Origin: an uncultured Actinomycetota bacterium
GTDB lineage: Bacteria; Actinomycetota; Actinomycetes; JAHEKZ01
NCBI GenBank assembly: GCA_963743915.1
Contig: CAVURN010000002.1
Location: 192,001-256,000 of the forward strand
Direction: 5' to 3'
DNA: 64,000 nt
Numbering within the stretch: the stretch's first letter is position 1; each line of letters opens with the position of its first letter. A program made the position numbers and the translations under genes. Positions 19,582 to 30,254 of this stretch are shown piece after piece. The notes beneath the pieces are model-generated. The model did not search any database. It saw nothing but the letters and a program-made list of their open reading frames with translations, and was not told the DNA's origin.

Positions 19582-20831
19582 GTCCGCCAGGCTCCACCCG
19601 ACGCCGTCCGGCGTGTCGTTGACCGTCACCCCGGCGCCGGTGAGCACGTCGCGCAGCAGGTCGCTGGTCGCGAAGTCACGTTCACGACGGGCCGTGGCGC
19701 GCGCGGACAGGACCGCCTCGACCACCGGCGCCACGATCTGCCGAGGGTCATGGACGCCGGCCAACGCGAGGTCGCCGAGCCGCACCACCATGGCCCGCAG
19801 CTGGCGCCGCGCCTGGTCGAGCGCGTCACTCTGCAAGGTGTCGGAGGACCAGGCGACCATGGCGTCATCCAGCGCCAGGATCGCCGCGACGGCGCCGTCG
19901 ACGTCCTGCTGCTCGACAGCCTCGTCGAAGCGCCGGCGGAGGGCGTCGGTCTCGTCGGCCAGCGACGGCGGTGAGTCTGCGCCGGCCGAAGCCGGGCTCG
20001 CCTGGGTCGCGGTGCCGCGGCTGGGGTCGCCGGCGCGTGGGCGCTGCCTCGCACCATCGCGCGGAGCTCGTCCACCGAGACCGTGCTGCCGGAGGGAATG
20101 ACCTCGTCACCGCCCGGCCGGGCGACCGTGAGCCGCCCCACCCCGCGCACGTCGACCGTGCCGGTGCTGTCGTCGAGGACGACCGCGGTGTGCTCGTCGA
20201 CCCCGAGCACGGCGGCGTCCGGGGGAAGCTCGCGCTGCAGGAGCTCGAGCCGCTCCTGGCCGAGGTAGCAGAAGCGGGTGTCGTAGGTTCCCCCCTCGTT
20301 GTTGTCGAAGTGCGGGACCACGGCGACCGTCACGCCGAAGGCGCGTCCGAGCAGGTCGAGTCCCTCCGCCCAGAACGGGGGAGCGCCGACCTTGTAGATC
20401 TCGTAGACCGGCAGCGCCCAGCGTCCGGCAGTGACGGCCGCGGCGCTGCCGAGAACGACAGTCCCGCCACGCACCAGGACGTCGTCGACAGCGCCGGCCA
20501 CCGGAGTGTCGCGCCACTGGTCGAGCGCGTAGGTGGGGCTGCCCGGGCCCGCGAAGAGCCAGCTCGCGCTGCTGATCAGGGTGAGTGCGCGTTCGGCGTC
20601 ACGCGAAGGCAGATCGCGACGCCGCCACGACGCCGGGACGACCTCACGGCCGACCGAGTCGTCGAAGTAGCGCGTCGTGCGAGCGGTGAGGTCGTCGGCA
20701 TTGACCTGGAACCCGTACGGCGTGTCGAGCATCACGGCCGCACCGGGCGGGCAGGACTCCAGCACTGCACGGTGCGTCTTGACCATGGCGGGCGCGGTCT
20801 CGCCCGATCCCATCAGCACGACGCGGCTCAC
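19552..20831 (-). CDS. Cyanophycinase/peptidase S51-like protein with CysRS-like C-terminal domain (apparent frameshift near 20015)
   Basis: MGSGET, AGPGSP, GSAAA, PHFDN, GVDEHT; C-terminus ARRERDFATSDLLRDVLTGAGVTVNDTPDGVGW. Confidence 0.75.
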
Positions 20832-21694
20832 GCGGACGATCCTTCCACCCGGCCGACCATCGCGAGCAGCTGGTCGGACACCACGGTCGGTTGCTGCAGA
20901 TGGAGGTCGTGATGCGCGTCCGGGTGCCAGCTCACGGTGACCCGCGGAAGAGCACGTTGGGCGGCATCGACCTCATCGGACGTCACGGCACCGGCGACCA
21001 TGAGGTGGACGGGGACACTGATCCGTGGGTAGAGGTCGGCTGGGTCGTCCTCCCACATGGATCGCAGGATCTGCCGGTGGTGGTCCCGGGCGAGACGGTT
21101 CCGCACCCGACCGTCCACCACCTCGAGATTGCCCGCGATGGCAGCCATAGCGTCGCCCGGCCAGTCGGCGACCATCGTCCCGATGCGCGCCAGGACGGCC
21201 TCCGGTGAGCCGTCGCCGAAGTCGGGAGGGGCGAGCCGACTCCAGCAGTCGTCGAAGCTCGGGAACCGCGGCCGCAGGTGGATCCAGCCGCCGTCGACCG
21301 CCACGACGCCGCCCCACCGGTCGTCGTCGTGGGCAGCCCGCAGCACCACGTTGCCTCCCCACGACTGGCCCGCGAGGACCGGACGTCGGTCCTGCCAGCC
21401 CAGGGCTGCCTGCACCGTCACGAGGTCGTGAGCGGCCGACGCCGTCGTGTGGCCGTGCGCGGGACGGTCGGAGCGCCCGTGCCCCCGTAGGTCGACGACG
21501 GCGACCGCGTGCCCACGCTCGTGGAGCTCGTGCGCCACGGTGCGCCACAGGAGGGCGTTCGACGCCAGCCCGTGCACCAGCAGGAAGGGGCGCCCAGACG
21601 CAGGGAGCACGCGAACCGCCAGAGCAGTGCCGTCGTCGAGGGTCACCCGGTCCGGTTCGACCCAGGTGTCCGGGGGCCAGCCGCTGACAGTCAT
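20828..21694 (-). CDS. Alpha/beta hydrolase
   Basis: VHGL, DLRGHGRS, GQSWG nucleophile elbow, AHHDLH. Confidence 0.9.
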   Translation of the reverse strand: MTVSGWPPDTWVEPDRVTLDDGTALAVRVLPASGRPFLLVHGLASNALLWRTVAHELHERGHAVAVVDLRGHGRSDRPAHGHTTASAAHDLVTVQAALGWQDRRPVLAGQSWGGNVVLRAAHDDDRWGGVVAVDGGWIHLRPRFPSFDDCWSRLAPPDFGDGSPEAVLARIGTMVADWPGDAMAAIAGNLEVVDGRVRNRLARDHHRQILRSMWEDDPADLYPRISVPVHLMVAGAVTSDEVDAAQRALPRVTVSWHPDAHHDLHLQQPTVVSDQLLAMVGRVEGSSA

Positions 21695-22668
21695 GGTTCG
21701 TCCTTCATCGCTGCGACGGCGTCGAGCAGCTCGGCGCATCGCACGGACTCTGCCTCCTCGACCACGTACGCGTCCACCTCGCCGCGGATCCGTCGGGACA
21801 CCGAGCTCACCATGAGCGCGTAGGCATCGCACGCGGGGAAGGACTCCTGCCAGTGCGTGGCACCGTCGGTCAGGTCGAGCTCGGAAGCCGTACCCCAACT
21901 GGTGAACGCGGGCGACCCCCAGGTGAGGGCGAGCTGGTCGCCGGTCAGGTGAAGAGCCTGGTGCTCAGGCTCGAGGAAGGACATGTGCGCCTGCGCCGAT
22001 GCGCCGTCCGACGTGCAGAGCCGCGCGGCCGTGCTCAGGTCGACCCCGGCCGCCGACCGCTCCCGCACCACGCTCTCGACCCGCCAGTCAGCCGAGATCC
22101 AGGTCGTGGCCGGCCGGAGCACGTAGGGCCCGACGTCCAGCAGGGAGCCGCCACCGCGGGTCGGGTCGAGGCGGTAGTTGTCCTGAGGTACGCCGTCGAA
22201 GGTGAAGGACGCCGCGATCGAGCGCACCCGTCCGACATCTCCCTGCCGCACCATCGCGTCGACGCGTCGGGTGCGGGGATGCCACTGCGTCCATGCGGCC
22301 TCGACGAGCAGGCGGTCCACCCCACGGGCGGTGTCGAACGCCGCGCGAGCCTGGGCAGCGTCGAGCGTGAGGGGCTTCTCGCAGAGCACGTGCTTGCCGG
22401 CCCGCAAGGCCTTGACGATCCAGGGCAGGTGCGCCTCGTTGGTGAGCGAGATGTAGACGGCCTCCACCCGGTCGTCGTCGAGCACGGCGCCGTACTCGTC
22501 GCCGACCGCCCGCGGCTCGAGAGCCTCGGCGCGCCGACGGTCGCGTGCCGCGACCGACTGCAGCGACGCCTCGGGGGTGGCATGGACCGCGGGGGCCATG
22601 GCCCGCGACGCGACGAACCCAGCGCCGAGGAACCCCCACCGGACGGGGTCGGACGCAGCTGCGCTCAC
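21691..22668 (-). CDS. Gfo/Idh/MocA oxidoreductase
   Basis: WGFLGAGFVA, KHVLCEKP, GGGSLLDVGPY. Confidence 0.9.
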   Translation of the reverse strand: MSAAASDPVRWGFLGAGFVASRAMAPAVHATPEASLQSVAARDRRRAEALEPRAVGDEYGAVLDDDRVEAVYISLTNEAHLPWIVKALRAGKHVLCEKPLTLDAAQARAAFDTARGVDRLLVEAAWTQWHPRTRRVDAMVRQGDVGRVRSIAASFTFDGVPQDNYRLDPTRGGGSLLDVGPYVLRPATTWISADWRVESVVRERSAAGVDLSTAARLCTSDGASAQAHMSFLEPEHQALHLTGDQLALTWGSPAFTSWGTASELDLTDGATHWQESFPACDAYALMVSSVSRRIRGEVDAYVVEEAESVRCAELLDAVAAMKDEP

Positions 22669-24329
22669 GACTCGCCGTCGACGCGCACCGGCTGACCCCC
22701 CGCCCTGGCGGATGCGCGGGCGGCCTCCATGACGGCGACCACCCGACGCGACTGCTCCGCGCGGACCTGCATCGGCCAGCCGGTGCAGAGCTCATCGACG
22801 AGCTCTGCGTGGAAGGCATGCGGGGGAGCGGGCATCAACGCGAGGGTCGTCTCCGACCCGTCAGGAGCGAACCGCAGGACCTGGGGTGGCGCGTCGGTGA
22901 CGGCGAGGACGTCCTCGTCCAACGTGCCGATGGCGCTGCGACGGGTGACGGTGGTCCGTCGCCAGGTGCTCGACAGCGCGCCCTCCGTACCCAGGAGGTA
23001 CCAGCGTGGTTTGAGTGCCGCCGCGAGGTCGGAGTGCACGAACGACGCCTCCACCCCGTCGGTGAACCGGAGAGTGAGGCTGGTGTGGTCGGCATTGGTC
23101 ACGTCATGCCACCGGCGCTTGTGCTCGAGGGCCGTCACGTGGTCGATCCGCTGCGGGTGGAGGGCCAGCAGCTGGTCGATGACGTGCGAGCCCCAGTCGT
23201 ACACGGCGCCGCCTGACACCGCCTCGTCGGAGTGCCAGTAGTTGCAGGGATGGCCGTAGCCACCGATGAAGGTCTCGATGTGGAAGACCTCACCGATCGC
23301 CCCGGAGCGGACCACGTCGAGCACGGTGCGGAAGTCGGGGTCGAACCGGCGGTTCTGGTACACGACCGCGGTGCGTCCGGTGCGCCGCGCTGCTTCGAGA
23401 ACCCGGTCCGCCTCTTCACCGGTGAGGGCAAAGGGCTTCTCGACGACGACGTGCTTGCCGGCCTCCAGGCAGCGGACCGCCCAGTCGGCGTGCGTGTCCG
23501 GCGGCGTCGAGACCACCACCACGTCGACCGTGGGATCGTCGAGCAACGCCTGGGCGTCCGTGCTGGTCCGGACCTTCGGAAAGTCCCGGCTCGCGGCGTC
23601 CAGCCGGCTCTCGGCGCGGTCACACACGAGCCGCAGGTCGAGCTGCGGCAGTGCGGCCACGGCACGGGCGTGCTCGGCGCCGATCGCGCCGAAGGCCAGC
23701 AGGCCGACCCCGAAGGGGGTGGTGTGGAGCACGGACGACGAGCCGGTGGCCCGGAGCAGCAGCAGGTGCAGCAGTCGGGCGGCGGTTCGCGCGTCGTCGG
23801 GGGTGCCGGGGATCACGCTGAACGAACCCACCGAGGTCTCGGGGTTCCACGTGGCGACGGGATGGGAGGTGAGACCGATCTGGGCGGTGAGCCACACCTC
23901 GACGACTTCACCGATCTTCTCGGTCGTCAGGATCGGTGTCTCGATCTCCGCAGACGCCCGCAGTGGGTCAACGGCGTCGCACCAGCCCTCAGGGGCGGTG
24001 GGGGAGAGCCGCGAGGGGTGACGTGGAGCCCAGGGACCGGTGACGATGCCGAGGGCGTCGTCGAGGGGCGCGAGCTCGACCCCCGCCGTCGGACCGAGCA
24101 GGAGCAGGGGCTGACCGGTAGCGGCGGCATCTCGGACCGCGCCTTCGGCGAGCGCGGGGAGCGGACCACGGCTCCAGACGAGGACCACGTCAACGGGGGA
24201 CTGGTCCTGCCGCCCCGCCTCCTGCCATCCAGCGGCCCGCAGGGCGTCGCGCCACTGCTCGAGCACCCAACGGTCGTCGGCACCGGCCTCACCGACCACC
24301 CACTGCACGCGTCCTGGCGCGTCCTTCAT
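22665..24329 (-). CDS. Gfo/Idh/MocA oxidoreductase with about 200-aa N-terminal extra (ThuA/GATase-like?) domain
   Basis: FGAIG, KHVVVEKP, YQNRRFD, SGGAVYDWGSH; ATG 24329 follows a GGAGG RBS. Confidence 0.82.
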   Translation of the reverse strand: MKDAPGRVQWVVGEAGADDRWVLEQWRDALRAAGWQEAGRQDQSPVDVVLVWSRGPLPALAEGAVRDAAATGQPLLLLGPTAGVELAPLDDALGIVTGPWAPRHPSRLSPTAPEGWCDAVDPLRASAEIETPILTTEKIGEVVEVWLTAQIGLTSHPVATWNPETSVGSFSVIPGTPDDARTAARLLHLLLLRATGSSSVLHTTPFGVGLLAFGAIGAEHARAVAALPQLDLRLVCDRAESRLDAASRDFPKVRTSTDAQALLDDPTVDVVVVSTPPDTHADWAVRCLEAGKHVVVEKPFALTGEEADRVLEAARRTGRTAVVYQNRRFDPDFRTVLDVVRSGAIGEVFHIETFIGGYGHPCNYWHSDEAVSGGAVYDWGSHVIDQLLALHPQRIDHVTALEHKRRWHDVTNADHTSLTLRFTDGVEASFVHSDLAAALKPRWYLLGTEGALSSTWRRTTVTRRSAIGTLDEDVLAVTDAPPQVLRFAPDGSETTLALMPAPPHAFHAELVDELCTGWPMQVRAEQSRRVVAVMEAARASARAGGQPVRVDGES

Positions 24330-24468
24330 CCGACCTCCCATCGACGCAATGACCCTAGGCGACTGGTCGGACAGCGCCAACCGCAAAGGAGATGCCTTCT
24401 TGCCGGCGGGTCTTACGGCCCTGACCTGCGACGACGGCACTGGTTACCGTGAAGTGGGGGTGAGGACA

Positions 24469-25500
24469 ATGCTGACCAAGACACTCACCGCACCACTCGA
24501 CCCGTACCCCGACTCCTTCCCCGAGCCGTTCGAGCGGCTCGTCTCCGAGCACGTGCTCACACCGGAGCAAGCCCGCCTGGTGCTGGACGCGCTGAAGCAG
24601 GAGAGTCCGCCACCGCCTGTACCTGCGCGCACGACACCTGCGCGCACACCGTGGGCAGCCCGGTTCGCTGAGATCGGCGCGTACCTCGGCGCCGCCCTCG
24701 TGGCCGCAGCAGGCGGGGTCGTCGTCGCCCAGCAATGGGGCGACATGACGTACGCCCTGCGCGTGGGCGTCCTCGGCGTCACGACTCTGGTCCTCGTCCT
24801 CGCGGCGATGGGCGTCGTGATGTTCCGTGGCTCTCGGGCGTGGGACGACCTTCCCAACGGCGACACGCTGCGCAGGCTCGCCGGCACCCTCTTCACGCTC
24901 GGTGCAGGGACCGCATTCGGCACCGTGATGGTCGCGATGCTCAGCGAGCAGGAGGCCGTCAGCGAGTTCGAAGCCGGACGCGCCACTCTCATCGCGGCCG
25001 GAACGGCGTTCGCGATCCTGGTCGCCACCCGATTGCTCGCAGTCTCGGCTCTGGCCGAGCTGGCGCTGTTCGGCGCGATGGTGGGCATGGTGGCCGGCGT
25101 TCTCGCCATGACGACGCAGGACGACGAGTACTCCGCATACGCCATGCAGTGGACCCTGCTGGTGACCGGGCTGACCTGGGCTCTGATGGCGACCTACACC
25201 CGGCTGCTGAAGAACCGCACCTTGGGGACGGCGCTCGGTCTGGCTCTGGCGCTGTTCGGGGCCGCATCGATCGCGGACCACCCGTGGTCGCACCGGATCG
25301 CCCTGCTGACGCTCGTGGCCGTCACGCTCGCCGTGTACCTGACCCGCCCCAGCTGGCCCTACATCGCCACAGCCATCGTCGCCGCGGTCATCCTCACCGT
25401 CACTTGGGTGGGAGAGGCCGTCGGTGCGGCGCTCGCCCTCCTGTCGGCAGGCGTAGTGGTGCTGGTCCTCGCAGGTGGGGCGCTCTCCTGCACCTGCACC
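24469..25500 (+). CDS. Multi-pass membrane protein, DUF2157-like (true 3' end obscured by indels)
   Basis: LVSEHVLTPEQA N-terminus, AEIGAYLGAALV, about 10 TM segments. Confidence 0.6.
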
Positions 25501-25524
25501 GGGGCTCCACGACGAGGTCGGCGC

Positions 25525-25814
25525 ATGTGGATCCTCTTTGGGCACCTTGTCCGACGCCGACGGGCGAGCGCCCGCGAGCTCTACGAGCGACGGCTCACCT
25601 GGATCACCGACGACATGCGAGCTCGGCCCGCCAGCACGGCTGCCGCTTCCATCGAGCCTGGTACTCCGAGGATGACAACACCTTCTATGCACTGGCGCTC
25701 TGGGACTCGCGCGAAGGTGCACGTGCGTTCTTCGCCGAGTGGCAGATAGCAGATGAGCCCGGTGAGACGGCCATCGAGCTGTTGGGCGATGTGGGTCTGG
25801 TCCCGCTGCCCTGA
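25525..25814 (+). CDS. Small ABM/dimeric alpha-beta barrel-like protein (broken by indels)
   Basis: MWILFG...ARELYERRLTWITDDMRA joins ARQHGCRFHRAWYSEDDNTFYALALWDSREGARAFF. Confidence 0.45.
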
Positions 25815-25905
25815 CGCTCACCATCCGACGTGCGTTGATCCCCACCTGGCGAGTCGGTAGCGTCCGACATGACAAGCGGCTCAGGGGGGCTTTGGGGGCT
25901 CCACC

Positions 25906-27311
25906 ATGAGCATCGCTTCACGTGTACCCCTGGTCTCACTCACCGTCGGAGGACTCCTCGCTGCGGGGCTGGCGGCAGGGTTGTCGGCCCCGGCCGAGGC
26001 CGTGCCCCCCGCCACGGTGGAGATTGCCCCGACGGCTCCCAACATCCTCATCATCAACACTGACGACCAGCGCTACACCGAAAGCCTCGCAGGTCCAGCC
26101 CTTCGTCCGGTCGTACTTCGGCGGCGGGGGAACCGAGTACGTCAACGGAATGGTCAGCACCACCCTCTGCTGTCCGTCGCGGACCTCGCTGTTCTCGGGC
26201 CGGTACTCGCACAACACCGGAATCACCGGGAACGGGCTCACCGAGCTCGTGGCTGCCTTCGACCAGGACGCCACGATCCAGGGATACCTCCAGGACGCCG
26301 GCTACAACACCGCCCTCGTCGGCAAGTTCCTGAACACGGTGCCGCTTGTCACGCTCGCCGCTGAACTGGAACCGCTGGGCCTGGTTCCCTGGCGGCTACG
26401 TCGACCGCTCCTTCAACGTGGACGGGACGGTGCGGAGGACGACCGGGTACTACACAGGTCCGATGGGCAACTACGCCACCTCGTTCCTGCAGTCGTTCGA
26501 GGCCCAGGACGACAAGCCGTGGCTGCTCTACCTCGCGCCGCAGGCGCCGCACAGCGGATGGGTGCCTGAGTCCAAGTACGCGTCGGCCCCGGTTCCACCG
26601 GCCGTCCACCCGCCCAACTGGAACGAGCAGGACGTCAGCGACAAGCCGCCGCCTGTGCGTACTCGCTCGGTGGTCAGCGACAGCTCGTACAACACCGTGC
26701 GAACACAGATGCTCCGTACGCTGATGTCGGTCGACGACCTGGTGCAACGGGTCACCACCGAGATGACTGCGCTCGGTGAGGACGAGAACACGCTCGCCAT
26801 CTACATGTCCGACAACGGCTACATGTGGGCCGAGCACCGGCTCACCGCCAAACGTTTCCCCTACATGGAGTCGGTCGAGGTGCCCTTCCTGGTCCGATGG
26901 CCAGGGCACATCCCCGAGGGGGTGACCTCCGACCGACTGGTGCTCCAGATCGACGTGCTGCCGACCCTGCTCGAGGCTGCAGGCGTGCAGCCGAACCTCA
27001 CCTATCCGTTGGACGGCCAGTCACTCCTGAGCCCGGATGAACGCGACGAGGTGTATCTGGAGTACTTCAAGAGTCCCGACGCCGCGCTGGGTCCATGGGC
27101 CAGTGTGCGCAGCAAGACGTTCCAGTACACGGAGTGGTACTACGTCACGACGGGGGAGCTCAAGTTCCGGGAGTACTACGACCTGACCAACGACCCCTAC
27201 CAGCTGGTCAACCTGCTGCGGAACGGGACGACCGCAGACGACCCGGATGTGTCGGAGCTGCACGACCGACTCACCGCCTACCGCACCTGCACCGGATCCA
27301 GCTGCCCGTGA
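25906..27311 (+). CDS. Secreted sulfatase (apparent frameshifts near 26088 and 26355)
   Basis: Signal peptide, PNILIINTDDQR, CCPSR (CxPxR), GYNTALVGK, APH, SDNG, EYYDLTNDPYQLVNL. Confidence 0.88.
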
Positions 27312-27326
27312 GCCCGCTCCTGATGA

Positions 27327-29806
27327 CTACGCCGTGACACGTTCACCCGTGGGGTCGTACCACGGTCGTAGCGATGCCTGCGCGGGGATGCGTTCGCAGG
27401 CGACTTCCACCTCGAAGGTGCCTGAGCCGACGAAGTCTGCGTCGACTCCACCGTCGGCGTTCTCGACGTAGCCCATGGCCAGCGGGGCAGCGAGGGTGTG
27501 CCCGTACATGCCGGACGTGACGCGTCCGACCAGTGTCCCGTCCCTCCAGATGGGCTCGTTGTGATACGCGAACGCGTCATCGTCTCCCAGTTTGAGCTGC
27601 ACCAGTCGTCGCGCAGGCGCTTTGCCGCGCACCGCTGCCAACGCCTCGAGTCCGACGAACCCTCCGGGCTTGTCCCAGGCGACCGCGAACCCGAGCCCTG
27701 CCTCCAGCGGGTTGTCGTCGGGGGAGATGTCGTGCCCCCAGTGCCGGTAGCCCTTCTCCATCCGGAGCGAGTTGAGGGCGTGGTAGCCGCACAGTGTGAG
27801 CCCGTGGTCGGCGACCCGCAGACTCCAGCGCGTCGAAGACACCGGCGGCGAACTCCGTCGGCACGTAGAGCTCCCAGCCGAGCTCCCCGACGTAGGTGAT
27901 CCGGCTCGCGCGTACGCGCGCGTACCCGACGTCGACGACGCGTGAGCTGCGGAAGGGGAACGCGTCGTTGCTGAGGTCGATGTCGGTGAGTGGCTGGAGC
28001 AGAGCGCGGGAGTGCGGCCCCATGACGCTCAGCACGGCCATCGCAGAGGTGACGTCGGTGACCCAGCACCGGTCGGACGCCGCGACGCTGCGGCGCAGCC
28101 AGGCAAGGTCACGCACCTGGGTGGCAGCGGCAGAGACCACCAGGAACTGGTCCGGCGCCTCTCGGGTCACCGTGACGTCGGCCTCGATCGTGCCCTGCTC
28201 GTTCAACCACTGGGTGTAGACGATCGTGCCCACCGGCACCGCGACGTCGTTGGCGCAGATCCGGTTCAAGACCGCCTCGGCGTCCGGCCCCTGCACCAGG
28301 AACTTGCCGAAGGACGAAAGGTCGAACAGACCGACCGACTCCCGAACGGCCTGGTGCTCGGCAGCCGAGTGCGCGAACCAGTTCTGGCGGCCGTAGCTGT
28401 ACGCGTAGACAGGTTCGACGCCGGCCGGCGCGTACCAGTTGGCACGCTCCCAGCCGGCGGTCTCGCCGAAGCAGGCCCCCCGGGCGGCGAGGCGATCGTG
28501 GAGCACGGACCGGCGGACACCCCGTGCCGTCTCCGGCTGCCGGAACGGCCAGTGCATGGCGTAGAGCAGCCCGAGCGTCTCCACGGTGCGGTCGTGCAGG
28601 TACGAGGCGTTGCCCTGAAAGGGCATCATCCGGCGGACATCGACGTCCCACAGATCCATCGGAGGGCGACCGTCGACGATCCAGTCCGCCAGCACCTTGC
28701 CGGCGCCACCCGAGGACTGGATTCCGATCGAGTTGAAGCCGCACGCCAGGAACAGGCCGGCGACGTCGGGGGACTCGCCCAGCAGGTAGCGGTCGTCCGG
28801 CGTGAACGACTCCGGACCGTTGAAGAAGAGCTGGATGCCCGTCTCGGCCAGAAGCGGCATCCGGTGCGCGGCAGCCTCGAGCAGCGGCGCGACGTGGTCG
28901 ATGTCCGCCGGCAGGGTGCCGAACGCGAAGCCCTCGGGGATCCCGCCTGATCCGTCGGAAGCCGTCATGCCCCAGGGTTTGGCCACCGGCTCGAACCAGC
29001 CGACCAGCAGCTTGCCCGCTTCTTCCTTGAAGTACCCGTGCCCGTCCTGGTCGCGGAGCACCGGCATCGTCGGAGAGAGGCCATCGACGGGCTCGGTGAC
29101 GATGTAGAAGTGTTCAGCCGCGTGCAGGGGAACCACGGCGCCGACCTGCTTGCCGAGGTCCCGGCCCCACATGCCGGCGGCGTTGACGACGACATCGGCG
29201 GTCAGCCGGTGCGCACGGCCTTCAGTGGAGTACTCGACCCCCACGGCACGACCGTCACGCGTGAGGATGCGGTCGACCTTGGTGTTCTCGGCGATGGTGA
29301 CGCCGCGTGCCTGCGCTCCCTTGGCGAAGGCCCGGGTGGTGTCGACGGGGTTCGTCACTCCGTCACCGGGCAGGTACACCCCACCGACGAGGTCGTCGAC
29401 CCTCGCTGCGGGGACCAGGTCCGCCACGTCCGTCGGGGTGATCACCTCGACAGGGAGCCCGAAGACTCTGGCCATGGACGCCTGACGCTTGAGCTCCTCG
29501 AACCGCTCGGCGTTGTCCGCGATGCTCACCGAGCCCCTTTGCTGGAACCCCGTCGCCTGGCCGGTCTCGTCCTCGAGTGTCCGGAAGAGCTCCGTGGTGT
29601 ACTGCGCCAGGCGCGTCATGTTGTGGGATGGCGCGCAGCTGGCCGACCAGCCCAGCGGCGTGCCACGTGGTGCCACTGGTGAGTTCTTTCCGCTCGAGAA
29701 GGACTACGTCCGTCACGCCGCGCAGCGCCAGGTGGTAGGCGACGCTGCAGCCGACGATGCCGCCTCCGACAATCACGACCCGGGTGTGTTCTGGGAGCTG
29801 TGTCAC
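27327..29806 (-). CDS. GcvT-family FAD oxidoreductase, dimethylglycine/sarcosine dehydrogenase-like (apparent frameshifts near 29628 and 27815)
   Basis: VVIVGGGIVG, SGTTWHAAGL, NGPESFTPD, GWERANWY, YVGELGWE, LRMEKGY. Confidence 0.9.
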
Positions 29807-29831
29807 GGAACCTGAGGGTAGACAGTGCCTG

Positions 29832-30254
29832 TCAGTCACTGATCGGGCGCGCCATGCCGATCGAGTCCGGGGCGGTGGGCCTGAACCCATGGCGCTCGTA
29901 CAGTCGCCGGCCCGGCGGGTCTGCCAGAAGCGTGATCCAGGCACCCGGCGGGGCGGCCTCATCGATGCGCGCGAGCAGCGCCGTCATGATCGCGCCCCCG
30001 AGCCCACGCCGTTGGTGGGCCGGGTCGACCGCGATGTCGACGAGGTGGAAGTACCAACCGCCGTCGCCCAGGATCCGGCCCATCCCGACCACCGTGCCGG
30101 AGGCTTGATGGACGACCTGGCAGGCCCACCAGCTGCCGGGGAGTCCCGCTTCGGCCTGGTCGGGTCGCTTCGGGGTCAGCCCCGAGTCGGCCCGGAGCCT
30201 CAGGTAGTCGCTGACGGTGGGAACCTCAGCGCGCAGTTCATATCCTTCGACCAT
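29832..30254 (-). CDS. GNAT family N-acetyltransferase
   Basis: VGMGRILGDG, DIAVDPAHQRRGLG, LYERHGF. Confidence 0.9.
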   Translation of the reverse strand: MVEGYELRAEVPTVSDYLRLRADSGLTPKRPDQAEAGLPGSWWACQVVHQASGTVVGMGRILGDGGWYFHLVDIAVDPAHQRRGLGGAIMTALLARIDEAAPPGAWITLLADPPGRRLYERHGFRPTAPDSIGMARPISD

